Shown one piece after another: positions 1 to 9,835 of a stretch of 64,000 nt of DNA (within the stretch, counting starts at the first letter, position 1; every line of letters starts with the position of its first letter). The notes under the pieces are model-generated. The model did no database searches and was not told where the DNA came from. It worked only from the letters and a program-made list of their open reading frames with translations. This DNA comes from Candidatus Latescibacterota bacterium. Lineage in GTDB: Bacteria; Latescibacterota; UBA2968; UBA8231. Location: the NCBI GenBank assembly GCA_965200315.1, contig OZ241362.1, positions 736,001-800,000 on the forward strand. Reading direction: 5' to 3'. The translations under genes and the position numbers were made by a program.

Positions 1-1910
1 TCGTATGTCGGCGCGTTGGCATGCCGCTGCAAGCCGATTTCGAGGCGGATTTCAGTCCCCGGCGGCAAGGCTACCGCAAAGTGCGCGTCGTGGACGGCAA
101 CGCGCTCGGTTGCCTGCTCCACCGGCGGCGCAGCATAGCTTCCCACCGCGCCCGGGTACGCACTCTGCAAGGTATTGTACGCGACCTCCCCAAACCGATG
201 CTCGGCCAAGGTTCCAGCTTGCAGTAGCACCTTGCGGGCGTTTAGCGCACTGAGGTTCACCAGGTGAACCACGAGGCGATCCCGCTCTACGGTTTCGACG
301 AGCGCGGCCACATCCGCTGGCAGGCCCGGGCGTTTGCGCTCGGCGTCAAAGTAGCGCAGCGGGGCCATCAAGATGCCTCCGTTGTACAGGAGTTGCGGCG
401 CGCCCAAGGTTAGTTGGATGAGCGCCTCAGTCGTCACTGGGTTTAGCTGCTGCCACCAGTGGATGTGGTTGTCGCGGGGGTCGCTCTCGTCGCGGCGGAT
501 GAGCTCCATCCGCCGATAGACCTGCGAGAGAGCAGCTTGGAGGATCTGCACCGGGTAGTCGGGGTTTTCGCCCTTGAGATAGCAAAACCACGGCGGCTCG
601 TGGTAGGCGTCTTCTTTGTTGTGGAACGGCACTACTGTGCGCCAGTCGTAGTGCTCTTTAGCGCGCAGCGCTTCGAGCATCTCCCAATCGACCGCCGCCC
701 CGCTCGCGTTCCACAGCGCGGCCGGATACATAGCCGCCAACGGCTGGAAGTCCGACCACCCCTTGGCCCCGTAGCAATAGGGCACCACAAAGCTTTTCTT
801 GTCGTCGCCGAGCGCGGTTAGCTGGCCGATCCAATGCACACCCAAGCTCATCTCGAGCTGGCCCAAGTCAGCCATCTTCCCCTGCTCGAGGACCTTTCTG
901 AGCTGGATGCGAGGTAGTTCGAGATACTTTTCCTCGCCGGTCAGCACATAGCAATGGGTTCCGGCCAAAATCGCCGCCATGGCGATGTTGTACAACCCGT
1001 GTGGCCACGTCCAGCCGTACATGCTCCCATACCAGCGCCCTTCCATGTATTCGCCGACCTGCCCGCTCAGCCCCACGTTGTCGGGCAACAGGCCCCCATT
1101 GGCCGCGGCCCGTTCGACCCACGCATCCACGTATTCGAGCAGCCAAGCTCGGTATTTGTCGTCGCCGGTCAGGTAGCAGGCGTTGGCGATCAGCGAGGTG
1201 ACGTGCAAATTGGTGGCGCAGTCGCCCCGAGACATGCGCTCCTTCATGGCCTGCCCCATGCGCCGCGCCTTGGCCGGGTCCTTGAGGTCGGCAGGCGTGT
1301 CAATCCCCTCTAAGTCCTCGTAGGGCAAGCCGTAGCACGCCATCCCCGGGCTGTACCCATATGACGGCTCCTCGTCCTCTTCGTACAGCCAGCGCGGCCC
1401 CTTGCTCCCGTTGTGGGCGCACTTGATGATCTTGTGCTCTGGGTCGTAGTTGAGCGCCTCTCGGTCTTCGTTGAGATAGAAACCAGCAAAGCGCCGCGCC
1501 CGCGCCACATTTTCGGCGTGGGTCGGGTCGGCCATGCACAGCAGGTAGAAGTAGATGTAGCTCTCGCTCTGGTGGAACTGGTCGTAGCCGATCTCGTATT
1601 CCTTGTACACATGGCCGTACTCTACCATCAGCTCGGTGGTGGCCTCCCACTGCCGCTGGCCCAAGTCGAGCAAATGGTCGCCGCCGCCGAGCAAGTACAG
1701 CAGCGGCCAGTTGTAAAAGCTCTCGTAGAAGTCGTCGGCCCCGTCGCGGGAGTGGCGCAGGCCGTCGCGCCAAATCAAGCGACCGTCGGGGTGGGTGTAC
1801 TTTGCCAAGAATGGATAGACAGCGTTTTCCATAACTTGGAAAAGCTGCCGCTCCAACGCGGCCCAAGCCGGAGGCTGTACTAGCGGTAGCGTTGCTGCAA
1901 TGGTAATCAT
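1..1910 (-). CDS. uncharacterised ~640-aa protein, 3' end cut by window edge; paralog of 49346..51322
   Basis: Absent from ORF track (no stop in window). Manual translation from ATG 1910: MITIAATLPLVQPPAWAALERQL...DDFYESFYNWPLLY; reaches QRHANAPTY at the edge, matching the paralog's C-terminal RFCNAPSY. Confidence 0.85.
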   Translation of the reverse strand, partial: MITIAATLPLVQPPAWAALERQLFQVMENAVYPFLAKYTHPDGRLIWRDGLRHSRDGADDFYESFYNWPLLYLLGGGDHLLDLGQRQWEATTELMVEYGHVYKEYEIGYDQFHQSESYIYFYLLCMADPTHAENVARARRFAGFYLNEDREALNYDPEHKIIKCAHNGSKGPRWLYEEDEEPSYGYSPGMACYGLPYEDLEGIDTPADLKDPAKARRMGQAMKERMSRGDCATNLHVTSLIANACYLTGDDKYRAWLLEYVDAWVERAAANGGLLPDNVGLSGQVGEYMEGRWYGSMYGWTWPHGLYNIAMAAILAGTHCYVLTGEEKYLELPRIQLRKVLEQGKMADLGQLEMSLGVHWIGQLTALGDDKKSFVVPYCYGAKGWSDFQPLAAMYPAALWNASGAAVDWEMLEALRAKEHYDWRTVVPFHNKEDAYHEPPWFCYLKGENPDYPVQILQAALSQVYRRMELIRRDESDPRDNHIHWWQQLNPVTTEALIQLTLGAPQLLYNGGILMAPLRYFDAERKRPGLPADVAALVETVERDRLVVHLVNLSALNARKVLLQAGTLAEHRFGEVAYNTLQSAYPGAVGSYAAPPVEQATERVAVHDAHFAVALPPGTEIRLEIGLQRHANAPTY

Positions 1911-1993
1911 GGCTTTTTCTGTAGGCATTCTGTAGGCTGCCGCTTGATTGCGGATGCGATTGATTCGACGGTAGTCGCTCGTTTATTGGGTTG

Positions 1994-2890
1994 TTATTCC
2001 GCTTCGAGAACCTTCGGATCCAATTGATACCAGAATACTTTTCCAGATTCAATATCGGTTTGTATCCGGTCGTCTCGGTGCAGACCTGCGATAGCGGCGT
2101 GGGCGGGTTTGCCGGTGAACTTGGTCAAAAGTTCGGCGTTGCGAATGGCCCGCCTAGTATCCCGGCCGTTGGCAGTAAAAGAGATTTCCACGGCGATGTA
2201 GCAAGTTTCGCCATCCGAGTCGGTCGCTTCCATAATCAGATCCGCCTCGCGGAAACTCCTCAGTTCGTTTGTAGGAATATCCACCGTGTCAGCGAGATCA
2301 ACCAGTGCCCACAGATCATCATCGGTGAGGTTTTTCGTCCGCTGGAGGCCCATCTCCCTAGCGATTGAACTGGCCCTTCTGAGCGCGGCACTGCGGGCGT
2401 GGGCACCTTTGAGGACGCCTACACTATCTTGGATGGACTGCACTTTGCTATCGAGACCGTCCACTTTGGTTTCGAGACCGTCCACTTTGGTTTCGAGCTT
2501 ATCAAGGCGTTGGTTGGTCACCTCGGCCTTCTCTTCGAGCACTCCAAGGCGTTGGTTGGTCACCTCGGCCTTCTCTTCGAGCACTCCAAGGCGTTGGTTG
2601 GTCACCTCGGCCTTCTCTTCGAGCACTCCAAGGCGTTGGTTGGTCACCTCGGCCTTCTCTTCGAGCACTCCAAGGCGTTGGTTGGTCACCTCGGCCTTCT
2701 CTTCGAGCACTCCAAAACGCTGGTTCGTTGCCTCGATAAAGCTGTCCACCTTGGCGGCGAGTTGTGTCAACTTTTCCGGCAGTTCAATCAGTTCGCGCGT
2801 CAGCAGCCGGGTTCGCATGGCCTCGAGCCATGCGGGATTTTCGTCTAAGATCTGCATTAGGTCTTCTATAGTATGGATCTGATTCATCAT
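1994..2890 (-). CDS. coiled-coil repeat protein with C-terminal PD-(D/E)xK-like domain (DUF3782/DUF1626-like)
   Basis: 298 aa; 14-aa repeats EEKAEVTNQRLGVL; C-terminal EADLIM...YIAVEIS motif; AGGAG RBS. Confidence 0.75.
   Translation of the reverse strand: MMNQIHTIEDLMQILDENPAWLEAMRTRLLTRELIELPEKLTQLAAKVDSFIEATNQRFGVLEEKAEVTNQRLGVLEEKAEVTNQRLGVLEEKAEVTNQRLGVLEEKAEVTNQRLGVLEEKAEVTNQRLDKLETKVDGLETKVDGLDSKVQSIQDSVGVLKGAHARSAALRRASSIAREMGLQRTKNLTDDDLWALVDLADTVDIPTNELRSFREADLIMEATDSDGETCYIAVEISFTANGRDTRRAIRNAELLTKFTGKPAHAAIAGLHRDDRIQTDIESGKVFWYQLDPKVLEAE
2451..2492. repeat. 2 x 21-bp tandem repeat (one heptad each)
   Basis: TCGAGACCGTCCACTTTGGTT twice. Confidence 0.85.
2504..2713. repeat. 5 x 42-bp perfect in-frame tandem repeat
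   Basis: AAGGCGTTGGTTGGTCACCTCGGCCTTCTCTTCGAGCACTCC x5, no spacers. Confidence 0.97.
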
Positions 2891-2924
2891 TTCTCCTTTT
2901 CTTTCATTGCCGTTACCTTGTACC

Positions 2925-3674
2925 TCACCCCTTCCCTCCCTTCACACCCCACACCGCCCCTGTAGCGTACGTATTCCGCTCCGAGCACAAAAACTCAATC
3001 ACCTCGGCCACCTCCGCAGCGTCTGAGTAGCGCCCAATCGGGTTGCCCGGATCGCGCAGGTGCGCCGCGTCAAAGCGCGGCACCACCATATCGGTCAGTG
3101 CCCGACCCGGCTCGACGCCGTTGACGAATACCCCCTGCCGCGGCCAAGCGTCGCCCAGTGCCTGAATAAACGACCACACCGCCCCCTTGGACACCGAGTA
3201 CGGCACCTGATTCGGATTGCCGTAGCGCGCCCCGGAGGAAATCGTCACACAGCGTCCCCACCCTCGCTCGAGCATGTGCGGGACCGCCGCCTGATGCGCG
3301 TAGTACACCCCATGCACATTGATCGCCATCACCTTGGCAAACTGCGCGGCAGTCTGCTCAAAAAAGGGCTTTTCCCACCCCAGGATACCGGCACTGCACA
3401 CCAAGATATCCAGCCGCCCAAAGGTCTCCACCGCTTGGGCTACTGCCTCGTGTACCTGCATCTCGTCGGTCACGTCCGCCTCGACAAAAAGCACCTGCTG
3501 CCCCATGGCCTCGATCTCCCGCTCCTGCGCTGGTTCCGCCCGCACATCGATAATGACGATGTGCCGCCCGGCCTCGGCCAAGCGCAGCGCAGCCGCCCCC
3601 CCAATGCCGCGTGCCCCCCCCGTAATCAAGGCCACCCGCTGCTCCACCGGTGCTGCAAATCGCAAATGTGCCAT
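2925..3674 (-). CDS. SDR family oxidoreductase
   Basis: TGGARGIG Rossmann motif, YSVSK catalytic motif. Confidence 0.9.
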   Translation of the reverse strand: MAHLRFAAPVEQRVALITGGARGIGGAAALRLAEAGRHIVIIDVRAEPAQEREIEAMGQQVLFVEADVTDEMQVHEAVAQAVETFGRLDILVCSAGILGWEKPFFEQTAAQFAKVMAINVHGVYYAHQAAVPHMLERGWGRCVTISSGARYGNPNQVPYSVSKGAVWSFIQALGDAWPRQGVFVNGVEPGRALTDMVVPRFDAAHLRDPGNPIGRYSDAAEVAEVIEFLCSERNTYATGAVWGVKGGKG

Positions 3675-3772
3675 ACTACCCTCCCCTTGCTTGCGCTATC
3701 GCACGGTTTTGAATAAAATCGCCATACAACCCGGACCTTTACCTTTTATAATATGGAATGGAGCGCATTATA

Positions 3773-4900
3773 ATGAAAATCGAACAGATCGAATCCCTCC
3801 TCATCGGCAACGGCTACATCGTCCGCATTACCACCGACACCGGTCTGACCGGCATCGGCCAAACCGCCTGCTGGGGCTATCCCACGGCCGTGCAGAGCAT
3901 CGTCGATGTCTTCAAAGAATACCTCATCGGCCAAAATCCCCTCCGCATCGAACACCACTGGCAGCACCTCTACCGCATGGCCCCTTTCCGAGGCACGGCC
4001 ATCATGGGGGCCGTCTCAGCCGTGGACATCGCGCTGTGGGACCTCAAGGGCAAGCACTTCGAGGTCCCGGTGTGGGAGCTGTTGGGGGGCAATGTCCGCG
4101 ACAAGATCCGCCTGCACCTGCTCTCGGGAGGCAGCACCCCAGAGGACATCTCCAACGCCGCACAAGCCGCTGTCGCCGAGGGCTTCACCGCCATCAAGTT
4201 CGACCCCATCACCATCGACTGCCACGACAAGGGCCAAGCGCGGATGATCCAAACCGCCATCGAACTGACCGCGGCCGCACGCGAAGCCGGCGGCCCGGAT
4301 TTGGACCTGATTGTCGAGCTGCACCGCAAGCTGACGCCCATGATCTCCCTATCCCTAGCCGAAGCCCTCAAGCCCTTCCACGTCTTCTTCCTCGAAGACC
4401 CGATCCAGATCGACAGCATCTCAGCCCAAGCGCACATCGCCCAGAAATCCACTGTGCCCTTTGGCAATGGCGAACGCTTTGTGTCTATATGGGAATTCCG
4501 CGAGTTGTTGGAGCAGGGTGGTCCCCAGTATTTGCGGCCGGATGTGGCCTTGGCCGGCGGCATCTCGCACTGCAAAAAAATCGCGGCCATCGGCGAAGCC
4601 TACCACTGTGCGGTAGTGACCCACAACTTCTTGGGGCCGCTGATTACCGCCGCCTCTCTGCACCTCGACGCCTCGATTCCCAACTTCATTACCCAAGAAT
4701 ACACCAAAGGCGACGAAGCCCCGCATAACGCGGTCTATCGGTGCGCCTATAGGCGCGAAGGCGGGTACATCCCAATTCCCCAAGCCCCGGGCCTCGGCGT
4801 GGGGCTAGACGATGGATTAATCGAGCAAACGCCCTACAAACCCATCAACAACGCTTCCACACCGCTGCGCACCGACGGCTCGGTGTCTTATGCCGTCTGA
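3773..4900 (+). CDS. mandelate racemase/galactonate dehydratase-like enolase superfamily protein
   Basis: SAVDIALWDLKGK, FLEDP, GER, RPDV motifs; GGAG before ATG 3773. Confidence 0.88.
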   Translation: MKIEQIESLLIGNGYIVRITTDTGLTGIGQTACWGYPTAVQSIVDVFKEYLIGQNPLRIEHHWQHLYRMAPFRGTAIMGAVSAVDIALWDLKGKHFEVPVWELLGGNVRDKIRLHLLSGGSTPEDISNAAQAAVAEGFTAIKFDPITIDCHDKGQARMIQTAIELTAAAREAGGPDLDLIVELHRKLTPMISLSLAEALKPFHVFFLEDPIQIDSISAQAHIAQKSTVPFGNGERFVSIWEFRELLEQGGPQYLRPDVALAGGISHCKKIAAIGEAYHCAVVTHNFLGPLITAASLHLDASIPNFITQEYTKGDEAPHNAVYRCAYRREGGYIPIPQAPGLGVGLDDGLIEQTPYKPINNASTPLRTDGSVSYAV

Positions 4901-4975
4901 CGTCCCCAGCTAAGTAGGCCAAAACAGTAATATGCACGAGATGCCGACAACCACGACTCTAACTTAGGAGGCTAT

Positions 4976-5623
4976 ATGAACGTCCTAATTTTATCCGGCC
5001 CGAATCATCAGTTTGCGGCTAGTGCCCCAGTCATCCACGACTTTTTGAGCGCACACTACGATCTGTCCGTCGCGCTTGACGACGACAAGGACGTGTTAGC
5101 GTCAGACGGTCTGCGCGATTTCGATGTGCTGATCCATGGCACCGGCTTCACGCACGCCGAGCGGCAGGAAGACGGTACCGTGCAACACGTCCCCGAACTG
5201 ACGCCCGCGCAAGCAGAGGGGGTGTTCGACTTTGTCGCCGGTGGCAAAGGGCTGGTCGGCATCCACGGCACGGCGTGGTGTATTGGCGGCAAAGCCGTGG
5301 ACTTGCTTGGCGGTCACGCCAACTGGCACCCGCCGGGCTCGGCCTTCACCGTCTCCATTATCGACAGCGCTCACCCGGTTACGCAGGGCGTGCCCGACTT
5401 TGACGTGGAAGACGAGATTTACATGTCGGCGTGGGATCCGGCCATCCGCATCTTGGCCACCGCCGAGTGGAGCGGCAAGCAGCATCCCCTAGCGTGGGTC
5501 AAACCCTATGGCGCCGGGCGGGTGTTTTACACGGCGTTGGGACATGGCCCGGGAACATTTGTGTGCCTAGGTATGCAGCGGATGATGGCGCAAGGAGTGC
5601 GGTGGGCTGGAGGGAGTTTATAA
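4976..5623 (+). CDS. ThuA-domain protein
   Basis: GKGLVGIH, DEIY, YGAGRVFYTALGH motifs. Confidence 0.85.
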   Translation: MNVLILSGPNHQFAASAPVIHDFLSAHYDLSVALDDDKDVLASDGLRDFDVLIHGTGFTHAERQEDGTVQHVPELTPAQAEGVFDFVAGGKGLVGIHGTAWCIGGKAVDLLGGHANWHPPGSAFTVSIIDSAHPVTQGVPDFDVEDEIYMSAWDPAIRILATAEWSGKQHPLAWVKPYGAGRVFYTALGHGPGTFVCLGMQRMMAQGVRWAGGSL

Positions 5624-7294
5624 AAACCCACCCTGCGCGTCCGACCACTGCCCACAGCGGATTTCCAAAGTCCGCGCCACCGGCGTCCGCAGGGCGACGA
5701 GCACCCGCAAACGCTCCGCGTCGATCTCGCTATTTCGCATCCGCCACATGGTGTGTTCCATGGCCCCCGGGCCAATGCGGATGGCGTCGTCGCCCACCCG
5801 GTAGAGGGCGTAACCCGCTTTGAGAAAGACTGTGTGCCCGGCGCGGCCCTCGACGAGCGCACTGTCCAGCTCCAAGGTTCCGCCCGGCGCGAAGACTCCC
5901 TCAATCTGCAAGGGCACCCCATCAACGCCCCCTGCGGTGCGGATGTGGAGGTCAAAGCCACCGGCCACCTCCTCGATGTGCAACTCGACTTCTAGCGGCG
6001 GCAACTCATATGTCGCCCGCCGCCCGCGCACCTCCCGCCAGTTGTTGGCATCGACTTGCTCGGCAATCGGCAGCCAGTAGATCCCCCCTAAGTAGTCCTT
6101 TTCCGGGTAGATGCGGTTGCGGCCTTTGTGCTGCATCCGCACCCCCTTGTCCACTTCAGCAAACTCCTCACCGACAAATTGTCCGGTGGCGAAATAGGTC
6201 GATGATATCTTCACGGCCGCCAATTCGGCCTGCCCGCAGACCACGCTAAAGGGCGCGGTCAGACCAGCCACAGCCGTAGCACTCACCGCGCCCCGACGCA
6301 CCCGCCACAGGCCGGAGGCTGGATAGACGCGGCTATAGCGCTCGGGCAAGGGCACCTGCTCTATACATGTCGTTCGCCACTCGGGATGCAGGACGTAGCT
6401 CGGCAGGCAGACCAAACCGCTGCCCCCGCGCGCAACCAACCAGTTGGCGACCGCCGCGTACAAGCCATTGCCGTCTAAATGGGCCAAGGCATGGTAGCCA
6501 TCGGCCAAACCAGTCGGCACGGCTCGCGTGTCGCGGTCTTGGCGCGTGGAAATGCTCGTCACCGCAGTGGCGTCGGCGTGGAGGAGATGATAGGACAAAT
6601 CCAAGTTGCGCCGCACCGGCTCCAGCAGGTCGGGCCGCTCCAGCACGTGTGCCGCACGAATTAAGGCGCGATTGACCACGGCATTGTACACGCCCGTGCT
6701 CCGCTCGCTGTACTCGCCGTCGGCGTTGATGTCAATACCTTCGCCGAGGTACGCTTCCACAGTCGCGCTCACTGCAAGTTCTGGATAGAGAGCTTGGGCT
6801 TGGGCCAACGCGGCGACTAGCACCCAGCGGTGATTGGGCGTGTGGAAGCCGCCAGCGACCATGCCCGGCGCTCCGGTTCGTATCAGCTCGCCTAGGGCTT
6901 CGGCGATTGCTGCGGCTCCCTCGTCGTCTGTAGCCTGTTGCCGCGCCGCAAACACGACCGGCGCGATGGCTTGCACCACAAAGCCCGTGTCCGGGGCTGA
7001 GTCGAAGTTGGTGGTCAGTAAGTCGAAACAACCCGACGGGTTCCGATGCCGGCGGGCAAACTCAGCGGCTAGGAGGATCCGCTGTAAAAGCTCTTCGCTG
7101 CGGTAGTGGCGCGACTCGGGCAGGAGATAGGCGTAGCCCAGCGACGCGACCGCACTGATGCTTTGTGAACCCACCAACCGATCGCCGTCCATAAAGCCGC
7201 CGCAGTAAGGGCTTTCTGAGTCCAGCACTTGGCGCGTCAACACGCCCGCGACTTGATGGCCTAGCTCGCCGACGAGCGGCTTGTATCCAATCAT
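5618..7294 (-). CDS. hypothetical protein, possible alpha/alpha-toroid lyase or glycosidase-like
   Basis: 558 aa from ATG 7294 with AGAGGA RBS; HTPNHRWV and DGEYSERSTGVYN motifs; ORF extends in frame upstream into the 42-bp repeat. Confidence 0.7.
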   Translation of the reverse strand: MIGYKPLVGELGHQVAGVLTRQVLDSESPYCGGFMDGDRLVGSQSISAVASLGYAYLLPESRHYRSEELLQRILLAAEFARRHRNPSGCFDLLTTNFDSAPDTGFVVQAIAPVVFAARQQATDDEGAAAIAEALGELIRTGAPGMVAGGFHTPNHRWVLVAALAQAQALYPELAVSATVEAYLGEGIDINADGEYSERSTGVYNAVVNRALIRAAHVLERPDLLEPVRRNLDLSYHLLHADATAVTSISTRQDRDTRAVPTGLADGYHALAHLDGNGLYAAVANWLVARGGSGLVCLPSYVLHPEWRTTCIEQVPLPERYSRVYPASGLWRVRRGAVSATAVAGLTAPFSVVCGQAELAAVKISSTYFATGQFVGEEFAEVDKGVRMQHKGRNRIYPEKDYLGGIYWLPIAEQVDANNWREVRGRRATYELPPLEVELHIEEVAGGFDLHIRTAGGVDGVPLQIEGVFAPGGTLELDSALVEGRAGHTVFLKAGYALYRVGDDAIRIGPGAMEHTMWRMRNSEIDAERLRVLVALRTPVARTLEIRCGQWSDAQGGFL

Positions 7295-7312
7295 TTCTTG
7301 TCCTCTATCTAA

Positions 7313-7354
7313 CGGCGCGACTCCGCCGAACATTCCCGGAAAGCGGAACGCGGC
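7313..7354. repeat. 42-bp direct repeat, copy 1 (39/42 identical to 9857..9898)
   Basis: Minus strand encodes AAFRFPGMFGGVAP versus AVFRFPGMFGGVAP in the other copy. Confidence 0.92.
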
Positions 7355-7961
7355 TAACCGATTCCAAGTATCTTTGCGACGAATTGGGTTCGTGCATAGA
7401 AAGCCCTGCTCGTGCTACCATGCCCGGCTCCCTTGGTTCTCGGCTGAATCAGTACACCCATTTTGCCGGTTAGCTGTTCAAACCCCTTGGTCGCGATGCA
7501 ACTTCTCACCTCTTCATAGTCTTTCTTTACTTGATCGTAATACTCCTCGTCATTGAGATCAAAAGCCGATACGTTTATCAGAATAGATTGATTCTCTTCT
7601 TGAGACTCGAATAATCTAGCGCAAATCACCGCTTTGTTCAGTTTTGTGAGCAAGTGGCTTTGTTCAAAGGGGGTATTTTTGACGTTGATCGGATCGATCA
7701 TCGTAATGGCCATAGTCTCCTTAACCGTGATCCTGCCACTAGCAAGTCTTTCAATGGAACGATTTTTAGTTCCCATGATCCAAAATTAGGTGACTGTGCC
7801 GAATTGATGGGAAGCCCCAAGTACCTTTCAAGTAAATGACCTGCCCACCCTTTGTTCTTTTTATCGCCTTTCCAAATGGTCACTTCATATCGAGTAGCGA
7901 GTGAAACCAAATCCTTTCCCTTCAGCAATTTCAGCTTGCTGATTGCAGTTTCCCGTTCCAT
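7354..7961 (-). pseudogene. MutH/Sau3AI-family endonuclease, frameshifted at ~7750
   Basis: Two overlapping ORFs; NKGWAGHLLERYLG...PNF..WELKIVPL resembles the MutH core; adding one A (TTGAAAGA to TTGAAAAGA) joins them as LKRLASG. Confidence 0.8.
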
Positions 7962-7972
7962 CGAATATCTCC

Positions 7973-8863
7973 TTACTCAAAATTTAGGGACGATTGCCGG
8001 TTATTTATCGAGTAGTTCAAACGTTCTATGGATAGATCGATAAACTCAGGTTCGAGTTCTGTCCCTACGAATCTTCGTCCGAGATTCACAGCAGCTACGC
8101 CTGTGGTTGAACTACCGGAAAAAGGATCGAGGATCAAGTCTCCTGCGTTTGTTGATGCCATAATTATCCGCTCTATAAGCGCAAGAGGCTTTTGAGTAGG
8201 ATGTTTGCCGAATTTCTTTTCTTCTTTATTAGGAGGTCTAAACGACCACACTGATTTCATCTGTTTGCCGTGGTTCAATTCCCGCATTTTGGCATAGTTA
8301 AAACAGTGCTTTGATCTTTCATTTTTAGCAGCCCAGATGATAGTTTCCGTTGCATGAGTAAAATAGCGACGAGACAAGTTCGGCGGCGGATTGGGCTTTT
8401 CCCATGTAATATCGTTGAGAATTTTCATTCCTATCTGTTGCATCGCATAACCCACAGAGTGAATGACATGTTGGGTTCCAGATACCCAGAGCGTCCCGTT
8501 GGGTTTCAATGCTCTTTGACACCTCGATAGCCAAGCGATATTGAACTCGTGATTTATTTCTGGGCCTTTGGATTGGTCCCACTTTCCCTTATCGACCTTC
8601 ACCATTTTTCCAGCGTGGCAGGTAATCCCGCCATTGGAAAGAAAATATGGAGGGTCTGCAAATATCATATCAAATTTGTCCTCCGGGTATTTGCCGATGA
8701 TCACATCCAAAAACTCAAGACAATTAGCCCGATATAGCCAGACGCCGAATTCACTATTGCAAAATACGCATTGGTTCGGCGAGTGTTCAGAACGCTCCAT
8801 AACCAGCAAAGGCAGGGGACTTTCTTGCGACGGCTCATAACTAGGCCCTTGCTTGCGTTTCAT
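7973..8863 (-). CDS. beta-class DNA adenine methyltransferase, DpnA-like (probably GATC)
   Basis: FADPPYFLSNGG...VDKGKWD, HPTQKP, LDPFSGSSTTG; AT-richer than flanks. Confidence 0.9.
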   Translation of the reverse strand: MKRKQGPSYEPSQESPLPLLVMERSEHSPNQCVFCNSEFGVWLYRANCLEFLDVIIGKYPEDKFDMIFADPPYFLSNGGITCHAGKMVKVDKGKWDQSKGPEINHEFNIAWLSRCQRALKPNGTLWVSGTQHVIHSVGYAMQQIGMKILNDITWEKPNPPPNLSRRYFTHATETIIWAAKNERSKHCFNYAKMRELNHGKQMKSVWSFRPPNKEEKKFGKHPTQKPLALIERIIMASTNAGDLILDPFSGSSTTGVAAVNLGRRFVGTELEPEFIDLSIERLNYSINNRQSSLNFE

Positions 8864-9825
8864 GTCGTATGTTGCTCCAGCGACCGATACGCCGCCTCGG
8901 TAAACTTGGCTACGGCCACGGCAAAATCCGCCTGCTCATAGCCCTTGCCGCCATTGCGAATCCAGCGCAAAAAGGCCGCGTCCGGCGTATCTTCCCGCAC
9001 CCGCTTGGGCACCTCCAACGGCTCCCCGTTCAGCAACACCTCCCGCACCTGCCACTGGTGTAGATGAAAAACCAAGGTCCCCTCGTCGCCGTGGATCGAC
9101 AGCCGCTCGTCGTGCCGGCTCGCACTGCCGATAAAGCTCAACGACCCCAGCGCACCGCCGCGAAACCGCGCATTGACCACGGCATCCATATCCACCGGCT
9201 TGCCCCGCTTGTCCATGAAGGCCGAGACCTTTACCGGCGTCAAGCCGGTAATCCACAGCACCGCAGCCACCAAGTGACTGCCGGTGTCCATGAACATCCC
9301 GCCTCCTGCCAACTCGGGCACCATCCGCCATCCTCTGCCGCCCCAATTTTGCGTCACGTACGCGACGACCCCCTTGATCTCGCCGAGAGCACCCTTCTGT
9401 ACCAGTTCCCGCGCATAGGCATACGCCGGGTAAAAGTTGCGCTGATAGCTGACGACCAACAGGCACTCCTGCGCGGCGGCCAGATTGACTAGCGCTTGGG
9501 CGTGGCGCGCCTTTGTCGTCAGGGGTTTCTCGATCAAAGCGTGCAGATTCCGCTCTAGCGCGTAGTGCGCCTGCGCGTAGTGAGTCGAATGCGGAGAGGA
9601 GATCAACACCCCGTCGAGCGCGTCTGCGTCAATCATCTGCCGGTAGTCGGCGCGATAGGCGGCCTCAGCACCCCACGCTTTTAGCAATTGCTGCGCCGAT
9701 GCCTCCTCCGGGTCGGCGACCGCCACCAACTCTACGCGGCCATCGGCTTTTAGCCGGGGAATGTGCGCACCGCGCATGTTGCCGCCGCAGCCGATCAGGC
9801 CGAGGCGAATCTTCCTTTTTGCCAT
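8860..9825 (-). CDS. Gfo/Idh/MocA oxidoreductase
   Basis: GLIGCG, EKP, GGGMFMDTGSH motifs. Confidence 0.9.
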   Translation of the reverse strand: MAKRKIRLGLIGCGGNMRGAHIPRLKADGRVELVAVADPEEASAQQLLKAWGAEAAYRADYRQMIDADALDGVLISSPHSTHYAQAHYALERNLHALIEKPLTTKARHAQALVNLAAAQECLLVVSYQRNFYPAYAYARELVQKGALGEIKGVVAYVTQNWGGRGWRMVPELAGGGMFMDTGSHLVAAVLWITGLTPVKVSAFMDKRGKPVDMDAVVNARFRGGALGSLSFIGSASRHDERLSIHGDEGTLVFHLHQWQVREVLLNGEPLEVPKRVREDTPDAAFLRWIRNGGKGYEQADFAVAVAKFTEAAYRSLEQHTT

Positions 9826-9835
9826 CGCGTTTCTT

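Noticed and set aside
2504-2713. Possible CRISPR array
   Set aside because: Units are contiguous with no spacers, in frame within a CDS, and no cas genes are nearby
3319-4728. 469-aa alternative-frame ORF and similar long shadow ORFs (28511..29455, 34910..35986, 39127..40098, 44180..45136, 56542..57390)
   Set aside because: They overlap well-supported genes, lack motifs and are expected in GC-rich DNA
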